Origin: a virus
Reading direction: 5' to 3' (one strand)
Length of the DNA stretch: 64,000 bases
Virus record (IMG/VR): IMGVR_UViG_3300023197_000086
Span: 30,693 to 94,692 of that record
In this document: piece after piece, positions 15,972-24,275 of the stretch
Numbering within the stretch: position 1 is the stretch's first letter
How the letters are laid out: every line of letters begins with the position of its first letter
Made by a program: the position numbers and the translations under genes
Notes under the pieces: model-generated
The model's input: the letters and a program-made list of their open reading frames with translations, nothing else
Told to the model about the DNA's origin: nothing
Databases searched by the model: none

Positions 15972-17042
15972 TCAAGACTGCTCCTCCTTCCGCGCCTGAT
16001 AATCCAACTCGCGCATATGCGACTCGAAGACCTCGACCAGCTGGTCGAGCGAGCCCTTGTGGCGATGACAGCATTCCACCGCATCGGCCATGACCTGTCG
16101 GTTATGCTCGGCGCTTGCGTTCGGATCCCAACCGCGCAAGACGATCTCCAGCTCGGAAAGGAAGTCCGTGCTCTGCCGACGCTGCTGGTGAACTTGAGTC
16201 TCGTACGGGAATCCGGCGAGAGGCATTTCCTCGCTGTTATCGTCCTCGGTCTCATCGTCCGGGGCGAGGCTGATGGCATCGTCATCTTCGGATGCCTCCT
16301 CCCCCTCGGTCCCCGCCGACGATGCCTCCTGTGCCCGCTCCAGATTCCGCTGCCGGCGCTCCTCTTGGATGCGCACTCGGAGGGCTGTGGGCGACCATGT
16401 GCGCGGGGAGTCGTTCGCCTCGCGCAATAACGCCAGCTTGCCCGCGTCATCGAGATGACTGGCCTCCAAGGCGACGCGGAAGTGGCTGTGCCAGAGGCGC
16501 GGGAACTCCTCGACGGGGTCGATGTTGGCACGCTCGAACAGGCGGTGGATGCGCACCCGCTTCTTCGCGCCCTCCTCGCCCGGCATCAGGTCCAGCTCGT
16601 CAATCTCGCGATCGCGATACCCGAGGCCCCGATAGTAGTTCCGCAACCGCTCGAGATTCTGCCGCAGCTGAGACCCCTCCGCCCGCTCCTCGTTCGGAAT
16701 ACGGGAGGCCAGCAGCGCGTTCTCGGTGTGATACATGCGGAGGGAGAGCTCGCGCATCGCCTCGCGCCCCTGGAACGCCGACTCGTCGTCCAGACGCTCG
16801 GCCATCTCCGTAAACGCCCGCACGTTCAGCTTGGCGCTGATGGCTTGGAGTACGGTAACGAAGGCCCCGAACTGCTCGGCGGAGACCGCCTCCCCGCCGA
16901 GCAGCACATCCATCATCTCACGCGCCCGCTGGTCAAGCTGTGCCGAGTCGTGCGTCGCCTCTGCAGGTGACGGGCTGGTAGTGCCCCCGACATCGTCAAC
17001 CTCTGGATTCACGGGCGACTCAGTTGGCAACCGGTTCGCCAT
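15972..17042 (-). CDS. Hypothetical phage DNA-binding-like protein
   Basis: LWHSHFRVAL..LLREAND..WSPTALRVRI resembles a widespread phage HTH-like module; GAGGAGG RBS. Confidence 0.6.
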   Translation of the reverse strand: MANRLPTESPVNPEVDDVGGTTSPSPAEATHDSAQLDQRAREMMDVLLGGEAVSAEQFGAFVTVLQAISAKLNVRAFTEMAERLDDESAFQGREAMRELSLRMYHTENALLASRIPNEERAEGSQLRQNLERLRNYYRGLGYRDREIDELDLMPGEEGAKKRVRIHRLFERANIDPVEEFPRLWHSHFRVALEASHLDDAGKLALLREANDSPRTWSPTALRVRIQEERRQRNLERAQEASSAGTEGEEASEDDDAISLAPDDETEDDNSEEMPLAGFPYETQVHQQRRQSTDFLSELEIVLRGWDPNASAEHNRQVMADAVECCHRHKGSLDQLVEVFESHMRELDYQARKEEQS

Positions 17043-17604
17043 GTCGCCCCTCCTCAAGCTGTTTCAACGCGCGCTCCTTCTGAGCGGCTACGCGCTCGCG
17101 ATCCGCCTCGCACTCGTCACACCGACACTCGGGATCGTGGTCGAGGCTCCGCTCGTCCGACTTGCTATCGCCGTTCGTGACTTCGCCCTCGGGCAAATAG
17201 GGGGTCAGGTTCTCGGCGATAGGGGCCATCTGCCCGTCGCGCCAGCCGTCCGGCTCGCCCTCGCCCGCCAGTTGGCGATCCAGCTGATCCTGCTCGCGCT
17301 CACGCTTGCGGGCATGGCGGCGATCCTCGAGGTACTGCGTCTTCGTGGTGCCCATGATCTCGTAGGCTTCGGAGCGGACCTCGCCGGGCGTCGGCATCCC
17401 CGGATACGCTTGGTGGGCCAGGGCCTGCCGCCCCGCCTGGAGGATCACGTCGCTCGACAGATCCCCGAGCAGGTCCGTCCAGGACTCGATCATGCCCTGC
17501 AACGCCTCCTCCTCGTTCGAACCCAGCTTCTCGCGCAGATTGGGAAACGTGCGGAACCATTGATAGAGAAACGTCTTCACCGCGCTGGCGACCTCGTTAG
17601 ACAT
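17020..17604 (-). CDS. Replicative helicase loader/inhibitor-like protein
   Basis: Directly follows the initiator; W.DLLGD..SDVILQA..ALAH..YPGMPTPGEVR pattern. Confidence 0.6.
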   Translation of the reverse strand: MSNEVASAVKTFLYQWFRTFPNLREKLGSNEEEALQGMIESWTDLLGDLSSDVILQAGRQALAHQAYPGMPTPGEVRSEAYEIMGTTKTQYLEDRRHARKREREQDQLDRQLAGEGEPDGWRDGQMAPIAENLTPYLPEGEVTNGDSKSDERSLDHDPECRCDECEADRERVAAQKERALKQLEEGRHGEPVAN

Positions 17605-18655
17605 CGACGATCCCCTCCTGTCCATTCTCCTGGGGAAGCCCGAACAGTTCGTCCAGGGATTTGCCCTGGCTGCCCTCCGTCTTGACGAAGCCGACGAAGT
17701 TTCCGTCGGAATCTAGATATTCGAGCCAACCATCGGCATTGAGCCACGTTTTCGGCATCTTCATCTTCTCTAGTTCGCGCCCTCGATCCTCCATGTCGAG
17801 CGCATAGGCGTGGGCACCTTGCTCAATCAGATCCGGGTCATGCCCCTGGCGAACCCTTTGACGCCAAACGTCATACGCGGCAGCTTTGTCATCATTCCGC
17901 GGATAGTGGGACCAGAAGCGCTCGAAAGCCTCCGGATAGCTGTAGTGGGGGCCCTTCATCGGCAGCTCCGAGCGGCGCGGATATTTCTCCTCCGACGGTC
18001 TGGCGTCGGCATCCACGTCCTCGATCAGCTCTGCCGTCTGCCCTTGCGGATTGTCGCCGTTCGGGGCCGGGTCCGCCGGGGTCGAAGACCCCACGGGGTG
18101 TGTCCTTACGTCTGGATTACCTTCACCTGGATTACCTTCCGATTCGACCCCGTTGCCGGATCGGGCTGCCGACGAGGGTTTTGAGGGTGCTTCACAAGGG
18201 GGGTGGGGTGATGTGTCATCACTAGGGTGGTGATGTGTGGTCACTACCCCTGGTGATGTGTCATCACTACCCCCTAGTGATGTGTGGTCACTACCCCCAG
18301 GGCTGGCCATCCACTCGGTCGGGTTGGTGAGGACGAATTTGTTGCTGCTGTAACTGCCGTTCTCCTTGGTACGCTGCTCCACGATGATCATTCGATGGTC
18401 CTTCAGTTCCTTAACGGCGTTGATCGCCCAGCGCCGCCGCGTATCCGGTTTGTCGCTTAGCGCGCTAAAGCAGGCGTCGCCGATGTCGCGATAGCTGGGC
18501 CACGCATAGCCTGACTGCCGGTTTGTGCGGCGGCAGATATGGGCGTACACGCGGAACGCCTTCGGTGTGATGTCGTAATCGTCCAGCGCGGAATGGACAA
18601 AGAGAATGCCGAACTCGCGGCGATCCTCAATCTCAATGCCCTGTGCGCTTGACAT
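17597..18655 (-). CDS. Replication initiator (replisome organiser; N-terminal HTH, internal iterons)
   Basis: AFRVYAHICRRTN..GYAWPSYRDIG...AVKELKDHRMI...SSNKFVL; C-terminal FERFWSHYPRNDDKAAAY..W..MPKTWLN..W. Confidence 0.85.
   Translation of the reverse strand: MSSAQGIEIEDRREFGILFVHSALDDYDITPKAFRVYAHICRRTNRQSGYAWPSYRDIGDACFSALSDKPDTRRRWAINAVKELKDHRMIIVEQRTKENGSYSSNKFVLTNPTEWMASPGGSDHTSLGGSDDTSPGVVTTHHHPSDDTSPHPPCEAPSKPSSAARSGNGVESEGNPGEGNPDVRTHPVGSSTPADPAPNGDNPQGQTAELIEDVDADARPSEEKYPRRSELPMKGPHYSYPEAFERFWSHYPRNDDKAAAYDVWRQRVRQGHDPDLIEQGAHAYALDMEDRGRELEKMKMPKTWLNADGWLEYLDSDGNFVGFVKTEGSQGKSLDELFGLPQENGQEGIVDV
18207..18293. repeat. Four 18-bp iterons inside the initiator gene (probable replication origin)
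   Basis: RGTGATGTGT(CA/GG)TCACTA at 18207, 18229, 18252 and 18276; each is partly palindromic (GTGA...TCAC). Confidence 0.85.
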
Positions 18656-18657
18656 AC

Positions 18658-19284
18658 TCAGCCCCTCCTCTTTATGGCATATTCAACCAGTAATTCGATT
18701 AAAGGTATCACCTGAGTATCATTGTTGTTAAGTTTGAACCATTCGCCATTGACGCGGTGTGGTGTCAGGAAATCATGGATATATTTTTCGGCCTGATAGA
18801 TATTCGATGATTTCCAGCTGTGGGCAATATCAATGGGCGTAGGCTGTGACTTAGATATTTGCGCGATCCGATTTGAGGGGAAGTCCTTGGTTACGCCTAC
18901 CTTATATAAACCCAGTGCGGAATTGCCACAGACATAGATATGGCCATCGTGTCTGTTATTATCACGCTGGTTTGAAGTATGCTGGCTCATTCCGAGGCGG
19001 TAGTTGAGAAATGCCCGGTTGAGCCCATACAACCTGCGATTGTCGAACGAATCAGAAACGATGTTCCCTTCTAGGACAAACCCGACCTCCACAAGTGGAG
19101 CGAGTTTGCGGCGAAGAGAACGTTGATCCATAATGCCGAGAAGCGAAGCCTGGAGCTGTTTCAGGTCGACGAATGCTCCTTCTCCCCACTGGTCAAGCCC
19201 GTCTAGGATTGCAGCCTGTAACCAATCACCAGTGATTCGTACAAGCTCCTCTCGGATGTAAACACGGCCAAGCTCTTGTGCCAT
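18658..19284 (-). CDS. wHTH replication-protein-like N-terminus fused to GIY-YIG (T5orf172-like) domain
   Basis: IREELVRITGDWLQAAIL..RSLRRKLAPLVEVGF; GHIYVCG..LYKVGVTK..NRI..AEKYIHDFL..RVNGEWFKL. RBS supports a start at 19284. AT-rich. Confidence 0.75.
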   Translation of the reverse strand: MAQELGRVYIREELVRITGDWLQAAILDGLDQWGEGAFVDLKQLQASLLGIMDQRSLRRKLAPLVEVGFVLEGNIVSDSFDNRRLYGLNRAFLNYRLGMSQHTSNQRDNNRHDGHIYVCGNSALGLYKVGVTKDFPSNRIAQISKSQPTPIDIAHSWKSSNIYQAEKYIHDFLTPHRVNGEWFKLNNNDTQVIPLIELLVEYAIKRRG

Positions 19285-19286
19285 AC

Positions 19287-19481
19287 TCAGCCCCTCCAAT
19301 CCAGCAGGATGGAAATGTGCCGCACTTGCCCATAGGTGGGAGATGTGATACCATGCAGGCATCCCATCGACATGGAATCATCGTCCTTTCTTTTGGCGAG
19401 GTCGGCGGCCACCGGCCTCGCCAAAGTTGCTTCCCGACGCTCTGTGCGCGCCGATATAATTTCCGTCCTCAGCCCCTGCAT
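19287..19481 (-). CDS. Small 64-aa ORF translationally coupled to the GIY-YIG gene
   Basis: AAGGAG RBS; stop 2 nt before the next ATG. Confidence 0.5.
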   Translation of the reverse strand: MQGLRTEIISARTERREATLARPVAADLAKRKDDDSMSMGCLHGITSPTYGQVRHISILLDWRG

Positions 19482-19566
19482 ACTGCGCTCCTTTTAAGCG
19501 GCCCTATCTGCCGCTGTTATGTTCTCATACCATTAGTTCCTAGCAAATGCTAATCGCCGGTCCTCC

Positions 19567-19595
19567 TTGACGACTGAGAGATGCTGTGGTAGGCT
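19567..19595 (+). promoter_or_regulatory. Sigma70-like promoter (TTGACG-17-TAGGCT) pointing antisense to the early operon
   Basis: -35 at 19567-19572, -10 at 19590-19595, TGTG upstream of the -10. Confidence 0.6.
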
Positions 19596-19600
19596 GCCTA

Positions 19601-19703
19601 CATAGCAGCGGGGCTCCCGCCGCTATGTGGCGAGCCCCATGAGACTCAGCCCCTCATACTGCTATGACTCGGCCTCGGCTCCTATCGCCGGGGCCGTTTC
19701 CTT
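19601..19703 (+). ncRNA. Candidate ~100-nt three-way-junction antisense sRNA with intrinsic terminator
   Basis: Closing stem CATAGCAG/CTGCTATG; hairpin GGGGCTC/GAGCCCC; hairpin ATGAG-ACTCAGCCC-CTCAT; terminator CGGCCTCGGC/GCCGGGGCCG plus TTTCCTT. Confidence 0.65.
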
Positions 19704-19725
19704 ATGCCGCATGATGTCTCCCACC

Positions 19726-20016
19726 CTAGTTGGTACTGATTGAGTCAATATCCGTCAACGTCTCCCGGTTCATCAGCGTTTGCAGCGACGACTGCACTTG
19801 GCTTTTCAAATATTGTGCGACGGCTTGGGCCGTCTCGTCCTGGTCGCGGCCCGTCACGCGCATGCCGCGGATGTGGGGCGAGGTAGCGACCCATTCCTGA
19901 TTCTCATCGTCCCAGGCAGCAAAGCAAGGGACTTGGATCGTGACGTTGAGTGGGTGATCCGGATAGTCCGGGTGCTCGAGGCTGAGGTCGAACTCAGGAT
20001 TGAATTGGTGACTCAC
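19726..20016 (-). CDS. HicB-like antitoxin-fold protein (no HicA partner seen)
   Basis: AWDDENQEWVATSPHIRGMRVTGRDQDETAQAV matches the HicB/DUF1902 N-terminal pattern. Confidence 0.6.
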   Translation of the reverse strand: MSHQFNPEFDLSLEHPDYPDHPLNVTIQVPCFAAWDDENQEWVATSPHIRGMRVTGRDQDETAQAVAQYLKSQVQSSLQTLMNRETLTDIDSISTN

Positions 20017-20326
20017 GTTGGGAAACCCCTTCCGCTTCGCTCGCCAAATGCTCGACCAGCTCCTTCAGCGTCCTCAACAGTGTTTCGCGCTCCGTCAGAG
20101 TGAGTCGGAGCTTGTGATTCACGTAGTCCTCGAGGGTGCCGGCGGCAAAGACCCACCGACCAGGGCGGGTCTCGATGATGCCCGACTCCTGCACCAAAGG
20201 AGTACTCCTACGACGCAGGTGATAATGCACCCAGGCGCGACCGTGCCCCAATGACGCCGCCAGCTGCAACATATGATCCATTGTCAGGTACACCCGACGC
20301 TCGGCCTCCGTAAGTCGTTGTGTCAT
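19994..20326 (-). CDS. Xis/Cro-like small DNA-binding protein
   Basis: First gene of the leftward operon; YLTMDHM...GRWVF..TLEDYV resembles excisionase-type wHTH. Confidence 0.5.
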   Translation of the reverse strand: MTQRLTEAERRVYLTMDHMLQLAASLGHGRAWVHYHLRRRSTPLVQESGIIETRPGRWVFAAGTLEDYVNHKLRLTLTERETLLRTLKELVEHLASEAEGVSQRESPIQS

Positions 20327-20334
20327 AGGTGCCT

Positions 20335-20363
20335 ATCGTAACTTTCCGCCTCCCGGCTGTCAA
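20335..20363 (-). promoter_or_regulatory. Leftward promoter TTGACA-17-TACGAT
   Basis: Near-consensus; only 8 nt between the -10 and the ATG at 20326. Confidence 0.75.
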
Positions 20364-20385
20364 GGCATGCCACATATGTTGAAGG

Positions 20386-20414
20386 TTGACAATCTCTGTA
20401 AGACCGTGTACCCT
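20386..20414 (+). promoter_or_regulatory. Rightward promoter TTGACA-17-TACCCT
   Basis: Back-to-back with the leftward promoter; 9 nt between the -10 and the ATG at 20424. Confidence 0.65.
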
Positions 20415-20423
20415 ATAGAAGAT

Positions 20424-20813
20424 ATGGCGACGACCTCGGTGGCAAACGACGCGGACTTGGAAAAGGCGCTCCGGCTGCTTCCGGATCGCATCCGCGACGT
20501 GGAATGCGAGCTGCACCGGCTCGAGACTCAGCAAGCGTCGGTGAAGGCGCGGATGGACCGTGCTGAGCAGCGGGTATGGAACGAGATCGTCTTTGCCCGC
20601 GACGAGGACGGGAAGAAGAAATACAGCAACGACGACCAGCGCAAGGCCGTGTTCAACCGTCAGGTCGATGAGGACGGCGAAGTCAGTGATCTTCGGCAGC
20701 AGTATCGCGATTTGGAGGTCACGATCGCGGACAAGCGGATCGAACTCACGTATGAGCAGAATCGACTCAAGGCCGCGTGCGCCGTGGCCCGACTCCGAGG
20801 AGGGTCCGACTGA
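20424..20813 (+). CDS. Coiled-coil protein of the recombination operon
   Basis: Heptad-rich; GKKKYSNDDQRKA motif; TGATG overlap with the next gene. Confidence 0.7.
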   Translation: MATTSVANDADLEKALRLLPDRIRDVECELHRLETQQASVKARMDRAEQRVWNEIVFARDEDGKKKYSNDDQRKAVFNRQVDEDGEVSDLRQQYRDLEVTIADKRIELTYEQNRLKAACAVARLRGGSD

Positions 20814-21610
20814 TGGGTATCCTGTCCGACAAGACTCAGCAACATCTCGGTCAAGAGCTGGATCAGGGGTTGGTGAAATCCCGACCCGACGGCTTCCCCT
20901 ACATTCCGATCCAGCACATCATCCAGCAAGCAAATCAGGTTTTCGGCTACGACGGCTGGAGCAGCGAGATCCTGTCCGGGCCGACGTTGGTCCATGAGTG
21001 GAGCGGGAAGAATAACGAGGGCCAGAACGTCTACAACGTCATCTATCGCGCCACCTGCCGAGTCAAAATCCACGACGACGAGGACCACTACGCGACGCTC
21101 TGGCGCGACAACGGCGGGACGGGCGCCGCCCTCAAGGCTCGCGACCCGAGCCGAGCTCACGACACGGCGATGAAGGCGGCGATCTCCGACGCGCAGAAGC
21201 GAGCCCTGTGGTCGTTCGGCAACCAGTTCGGTCTCAGCCTGGGCCTGGACGACCACCAACAGGCAAGCGGCGGACAGTCGGCGTCGCAGAACGGCGGCGA
21301 TGGCGATTACGACCATTCCAAGATGAAGGGGCTGGCGTCGCAGAAGCAGATCAACACCCTGCGGCAAGAGCTCGAAAATGTCGGCCGGAGCGAGGATGCG
21401 GCCTGTTCCTACATCGCCGACACGTTTGATGTCGCTATGGCATCCTTTGGCGAAGAAGGGCAAACCAATTTGCCCAAGTCCGTAGCCTCGCAGATGATCG
21501 ACTTGCTGAAGAACACGCCGGAGCAGACGGCGAAGAAAATCCGTGCCTATGAACCTGCCACGGCTTCGTCTGGCAGCGAGGCGCCGTCCAGCGAGGAAGT
21601 GCCGTTCTAG
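20813..21610 (+). CDS. Rad52/Rad22-family single-strand annealing protein (Sak-like)
   Basis: YIP..HIIQQANQVFGYDGWSSEI..ATCRVKI..GTG..HDTAMKAAISDAQKRALWSFGNQFGLSL. Confidence 0.9.
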   Translation: MGILSDKTQQHLGQELDQGLVKSRPDGFPYIPIQHIIQQANQVFGYDGWSSEILSGPTLVHEWSGKNNEGQNVYNVIYRATCRVKIHDDEDHYATLWRDNGGTGAALKARDPSRAHDTAMKAAISDAQKRALWSFGNQFGLSLGLDDHQQASGGQSASQNGGDGDYDHSKMKGLASQKQINTLRQELENVGRSEDAACSYIADTFDVAMASFGEEGQTNLPKSVASQMIDLLKNTPEQTAKKIRAYEPATASSGSEAPSSEEVPF

Positions 21611-21658
21611 TTGTGTCGCAATCCGCAAATTGGTAGGGAGGTTGATAAGAGGACCGAC

Positions 21659-22852
21659 ATGCAGAAGCCGACTGCCGAATTGAGCCTAGACACGCTATCC
21701 GACTATCTGGCCTGGATCAAGACTGAGTACGACTTGACCTATGACGACATGGTTGAGGGCGTCGACGTGGGGCGGGGCAGCCTGAAACAGGCAATTCACG
21801 ATCGGGCGTTGCCCCGCGACGGCTACGTTCTCGGCAAGCTTTTCGCCTTTGTGGAAAGCTATTTGAAGAGCATGGCAGAAAACCCTGTTCTCGCCGAGCC
21901 TTGCCATTTGGTCGGCAAGGGCCATCACTTGATGCGCGAGCGTCAATACCAAGAGGCGTTGGCTTGCTACGACAAGGCCATGCTCGAAATCCGCACTCCA
22001 CGACTATATCACGACACCCTGGTGCAGATGGCACGTGCCCATATCTCGCTGAATCAATATGACCGTGCGGTCGAGGTTCTGAATGAAATCAGCGACGCCT
22101 ATCCCGACATCCGGTTGAGTAAAACGGTGACCTGGGGCGGTCTCTATTTCATCCAAGGCGACTGGGATCGTGCTCGACCGATGCTCGAGGAGGCGGAAAT
22201 CCTAGCGCGGAACTGGTCGATCCGCGAGCTGCTGAACATCCGCGGGCGGCTGATCGGAATCCATCTTTACGAAGGGCGTCTCGATCGCGCTGAGGAGTAC
22301 GCCTGGCTGGCTGCCGAGGACGCGCGCTATCTCGACGACTATCGCTGGCTGGCCAAGCTCTTTATGACGTACGCCGACATTTACCACGAACAAGGGGATG
22401 CGGAGAATGTTAAGCGCTGCTTGGATCGCGGGTTGGAGCTGGCCAGTGGCGTGGACGCGTTTATGGCGCTGGCGCACCTTTATCGTCGGCTCGCTCGCTG
22501 GCATCGGGAACAGCACGATCCCCGAACGGCTTACGGGTATGCCCACGTCGCTTGCGAAATTGCCGAGATCCATCAGTTCAGCGACGCGTTGGTCGCCGCC
22601 TACGCCGAGTTTGCTGAGGCGCTGGCCGATCTCGGGCAGACAGGGCGGGCCGAGCGTTGGGGGCGCCATGCCTGCACCTTGGGGGACAATCATGGCTCCC
22701 TCCACGTGCCCGAAGCCTATATAGCCCGTTCCCGCACCGCCCCGACCGACGATGAGGCGCTTCAACTGCTAGACTGGGCCGAGCGCTTCGCCACAGAGCG
22801 GCACCAATACCTGAAACTCCCCGAGATTCGGCGTCGACGACGATCGACGTGA
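21659..22852 (+). CDS. N-terminal HTH plus TPR-repeat regulator (RRNPP-like architecture)
   Basis: LTYDDMVEGVDVGRGSLKQAI HTH followed by about 7 TPR-like repeats (GKGHHLMRERQYQEALACYDKAM; WGGLYFIQGDWDRARPMLEEA; YADIYHEQGDAENVKRCLDRG). Confidence 0.8.
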   Translation: MQKPTAELSLDTLSDYLAWIKTEYDLTYDDMVEGVDVGRGSLKQAIHDRALPRDGYVLGKLFAFVESYLKSMAENPVLAEPCHLVGKGHHLMRERQYQEALACYDKAMLEIRTPRLYHDTLVQMARAHISLNQYDRAVEVLNEISDAYPDIRLSKTVTWGGLYFIQGDWDRARPMLEEAEILARNWSIRELLNIRGRLIGIHLYEGRLDRAEEYAWLAAEDARYLDDYRWLAKLFMTYADIYHEQGDAENVKRCLDRGLELASGVDAFMALAHLYRRLARWHREQHDPRTAYGYAHVACEIAEIHQFSDALVAAYAEFAEALADLGQTGRAERWGRHACTLGDNHGSLHVPEAYIARSRTAPTDDEALQLLDWAERFATERHQYLKLPEIRRRRRST

Positions 22853-22913
22853 GCAATGTCTCCTGACATCTGGGGCGACTTCCTTTAGCATTAAGACAAT
22901 CCACTACGAAAGG

Positions 22914-23396
22914 ATGATGGATGGTATGAGGGGCAAGCTGACAGTCATGCTCGTTCTGTCCGTGTTCGCGCTCACCGGTTGCGGGGCAATCGACGGGTTC
23001 CCGCCTCACGACGACAGCGGCATGCCAGTCAATTCGACAGGCGCCAAATCCTGGGCCGGCGGGTTCGTCATCATCACGGGTAGCGCCGACCAACTTGGCG
23101 CGCTTAATGACCAGCTCATGGAGGCTGACGTTCTCAGCGAGCGGCCGTTGCTCATCCATCGGGCGCCGTTGGTGAACTGGGGCGATGGTGTGGCCATCAT
23201 GGCACAGTATCGCCTCTACGACGGCGCGTCCGTCGACACGCTGCGCAAGGCCCTCGATGAGATCGTGCCTGGAGAGCTGAACATTCGCATCCCCTCGGTG
23301 ATCGAGCACCGGGGCGACCCCACGGCTCCGGATCCGTGGAAGGGACGCCCTCCTCTCTTGGAAAGCCAGCAGAGCGAATACAACGATTGGGGCTAG
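22914..23396 (+). CDS. Lipoprotein of unknown function
   Basis: Signal MRGKLTVMLVLSVFALTG|C (lipobox). Confidence 0.7.
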   Translation: MMDGMRGKLTVMLVLSVFALTGCGAIDGFPPHDDSGMPVNSTGAKSWAGGFVIITGSADQLGALNDQLMEADVLSERPLLIHRAPLVNWGDGVAIMAQYRLYDGASVDTLRKALDEIVPGELNIRIPSVIEHRGDPTAPDPWKGRPPLLESQQSEYNDWG

Positions 23397-23406
23397 ACGC
23401 CGCTCA

Positions 23407-23435
23407 TTGACAAGCGGAGTTACCTGCAATACACT
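23407..23435 (+). promoter_or_regulatory. Sigma70-like promoter TTGACA-17-TACACT
   Basis: Near-consensus, upstream of 23507. Confidence 0.7.
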
Positions 23436-23506
23436 GGCTTGTACTCGCTCGTATAGCGACCCTAGCAGTATGAGGAGGCGGAAGCATCGAGCCGAGTCAA
23501 CAGGAC

Positions 23507-24073
23507 GTGATGTCTTGGTTGGGGGACCAAGACGAGACGAGCGAGGAGGACGGGCCGGCAGGCCGCTTTGCTGATCAGATCCGCGAGGTCTTCCCCTCGT
23601 TGATCAAAGGGCTTTTCCCGTCCGAGTTTTTCACGCTCGAAGGGCCGGTCAACGGCGAGTATCGGGTGGCCTTGACAACGGAGGACGGATACGAGGTGAC
23701 CCCGCTCGACCAACAACGGTGTGAGGTTGCCTTCGGCGAGTTCAACTTCCTGGTCGCCTATGACGCCGAAGACGGGTTGTACCATCTCGGCCTTATCGAC
23801 CATTGTCCGTCCTGTGGCGAGCGCCAACCGTCCGAAGAGATCGTCGATCTCGACTCGTTCCGACGACAACTGGCGGATTTCCAACCAACCCATCACGGAT
23901 GCAGAACAGGCTCTCCCCCACCGGGGTTTGCCGAGGAAGCGGACGAGCCAGTCGAAGCTGACAGCGAGGTCGCCTTGCGCATATTGGCTCGAGTTCTGTG
24001 GCCTTATCTCCTGCCGATTTTGCGCGAGGAGCTGGCCAATGTGGAGAAGGGAGACGACAGCAGTGTCGGATAG
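23507..24073 (+). CDS. Hypothetical acidic protein with CPSC...HHGC Zn-like motif
   Basis: 188-aa ORF. Confidence 0.6.
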   Translation: MMSWLGDQDETSEEDGPAGRFADQIREVFPSLIKGLFPSEFFTLEGPVNGEYRVALTTEDGYEVTPLDQQRCEVAFGEFNFLVAYDAEDGLYHLGLIDHCPSCGERQPSEEIVDLDSFRRQLADFQPTHHGCRTGSPPPGFAEEADEPVEADSEVALRILARVLWPYLLPILREELANVEKGDDSSVG

Positions 24074-24266
24074 CGAAACGCTAACCGTTCGAGACAACCA
24101 ACCGACGATCACGATCTACATCCCTCGGCGTTACCAAGACGAGCGCGTGCTCGACCGCCTGAAAACGCTGGCCAACGATCGCGACCGCTCCACCAACTAC
24201 TTGGCCGTTCAAGCCATCCGTGAATACCTCGAACGCCACGACGCCCAACAACCCGCCAAGACATAA
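24063..24266 (+). CDS. Ribbon-helix-helix (CopG/Arc-like) DNA-binding protein
   Basis: TITIYIP...LDRLKTLANDRDRSTNYLAVQAIREYLER; GTG start. Confidence 0.75.
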   Translation: MSDSETLTVRDNQPTITIYIPRRYQDERVLDRLKTLANDRDRSTNYLAVQAIREYLERHDAQQPAKT

Positions 24267-24275
24267 GACCGACCG

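Noticed and set aside
22914-23050. Classical short arbitrium AimP pro-peptide
   Set aside because: The ORF continues for 160 aa and has a lipobox; no separate 40-50-aa secreted ORF was found after the HTH-TPR gene.
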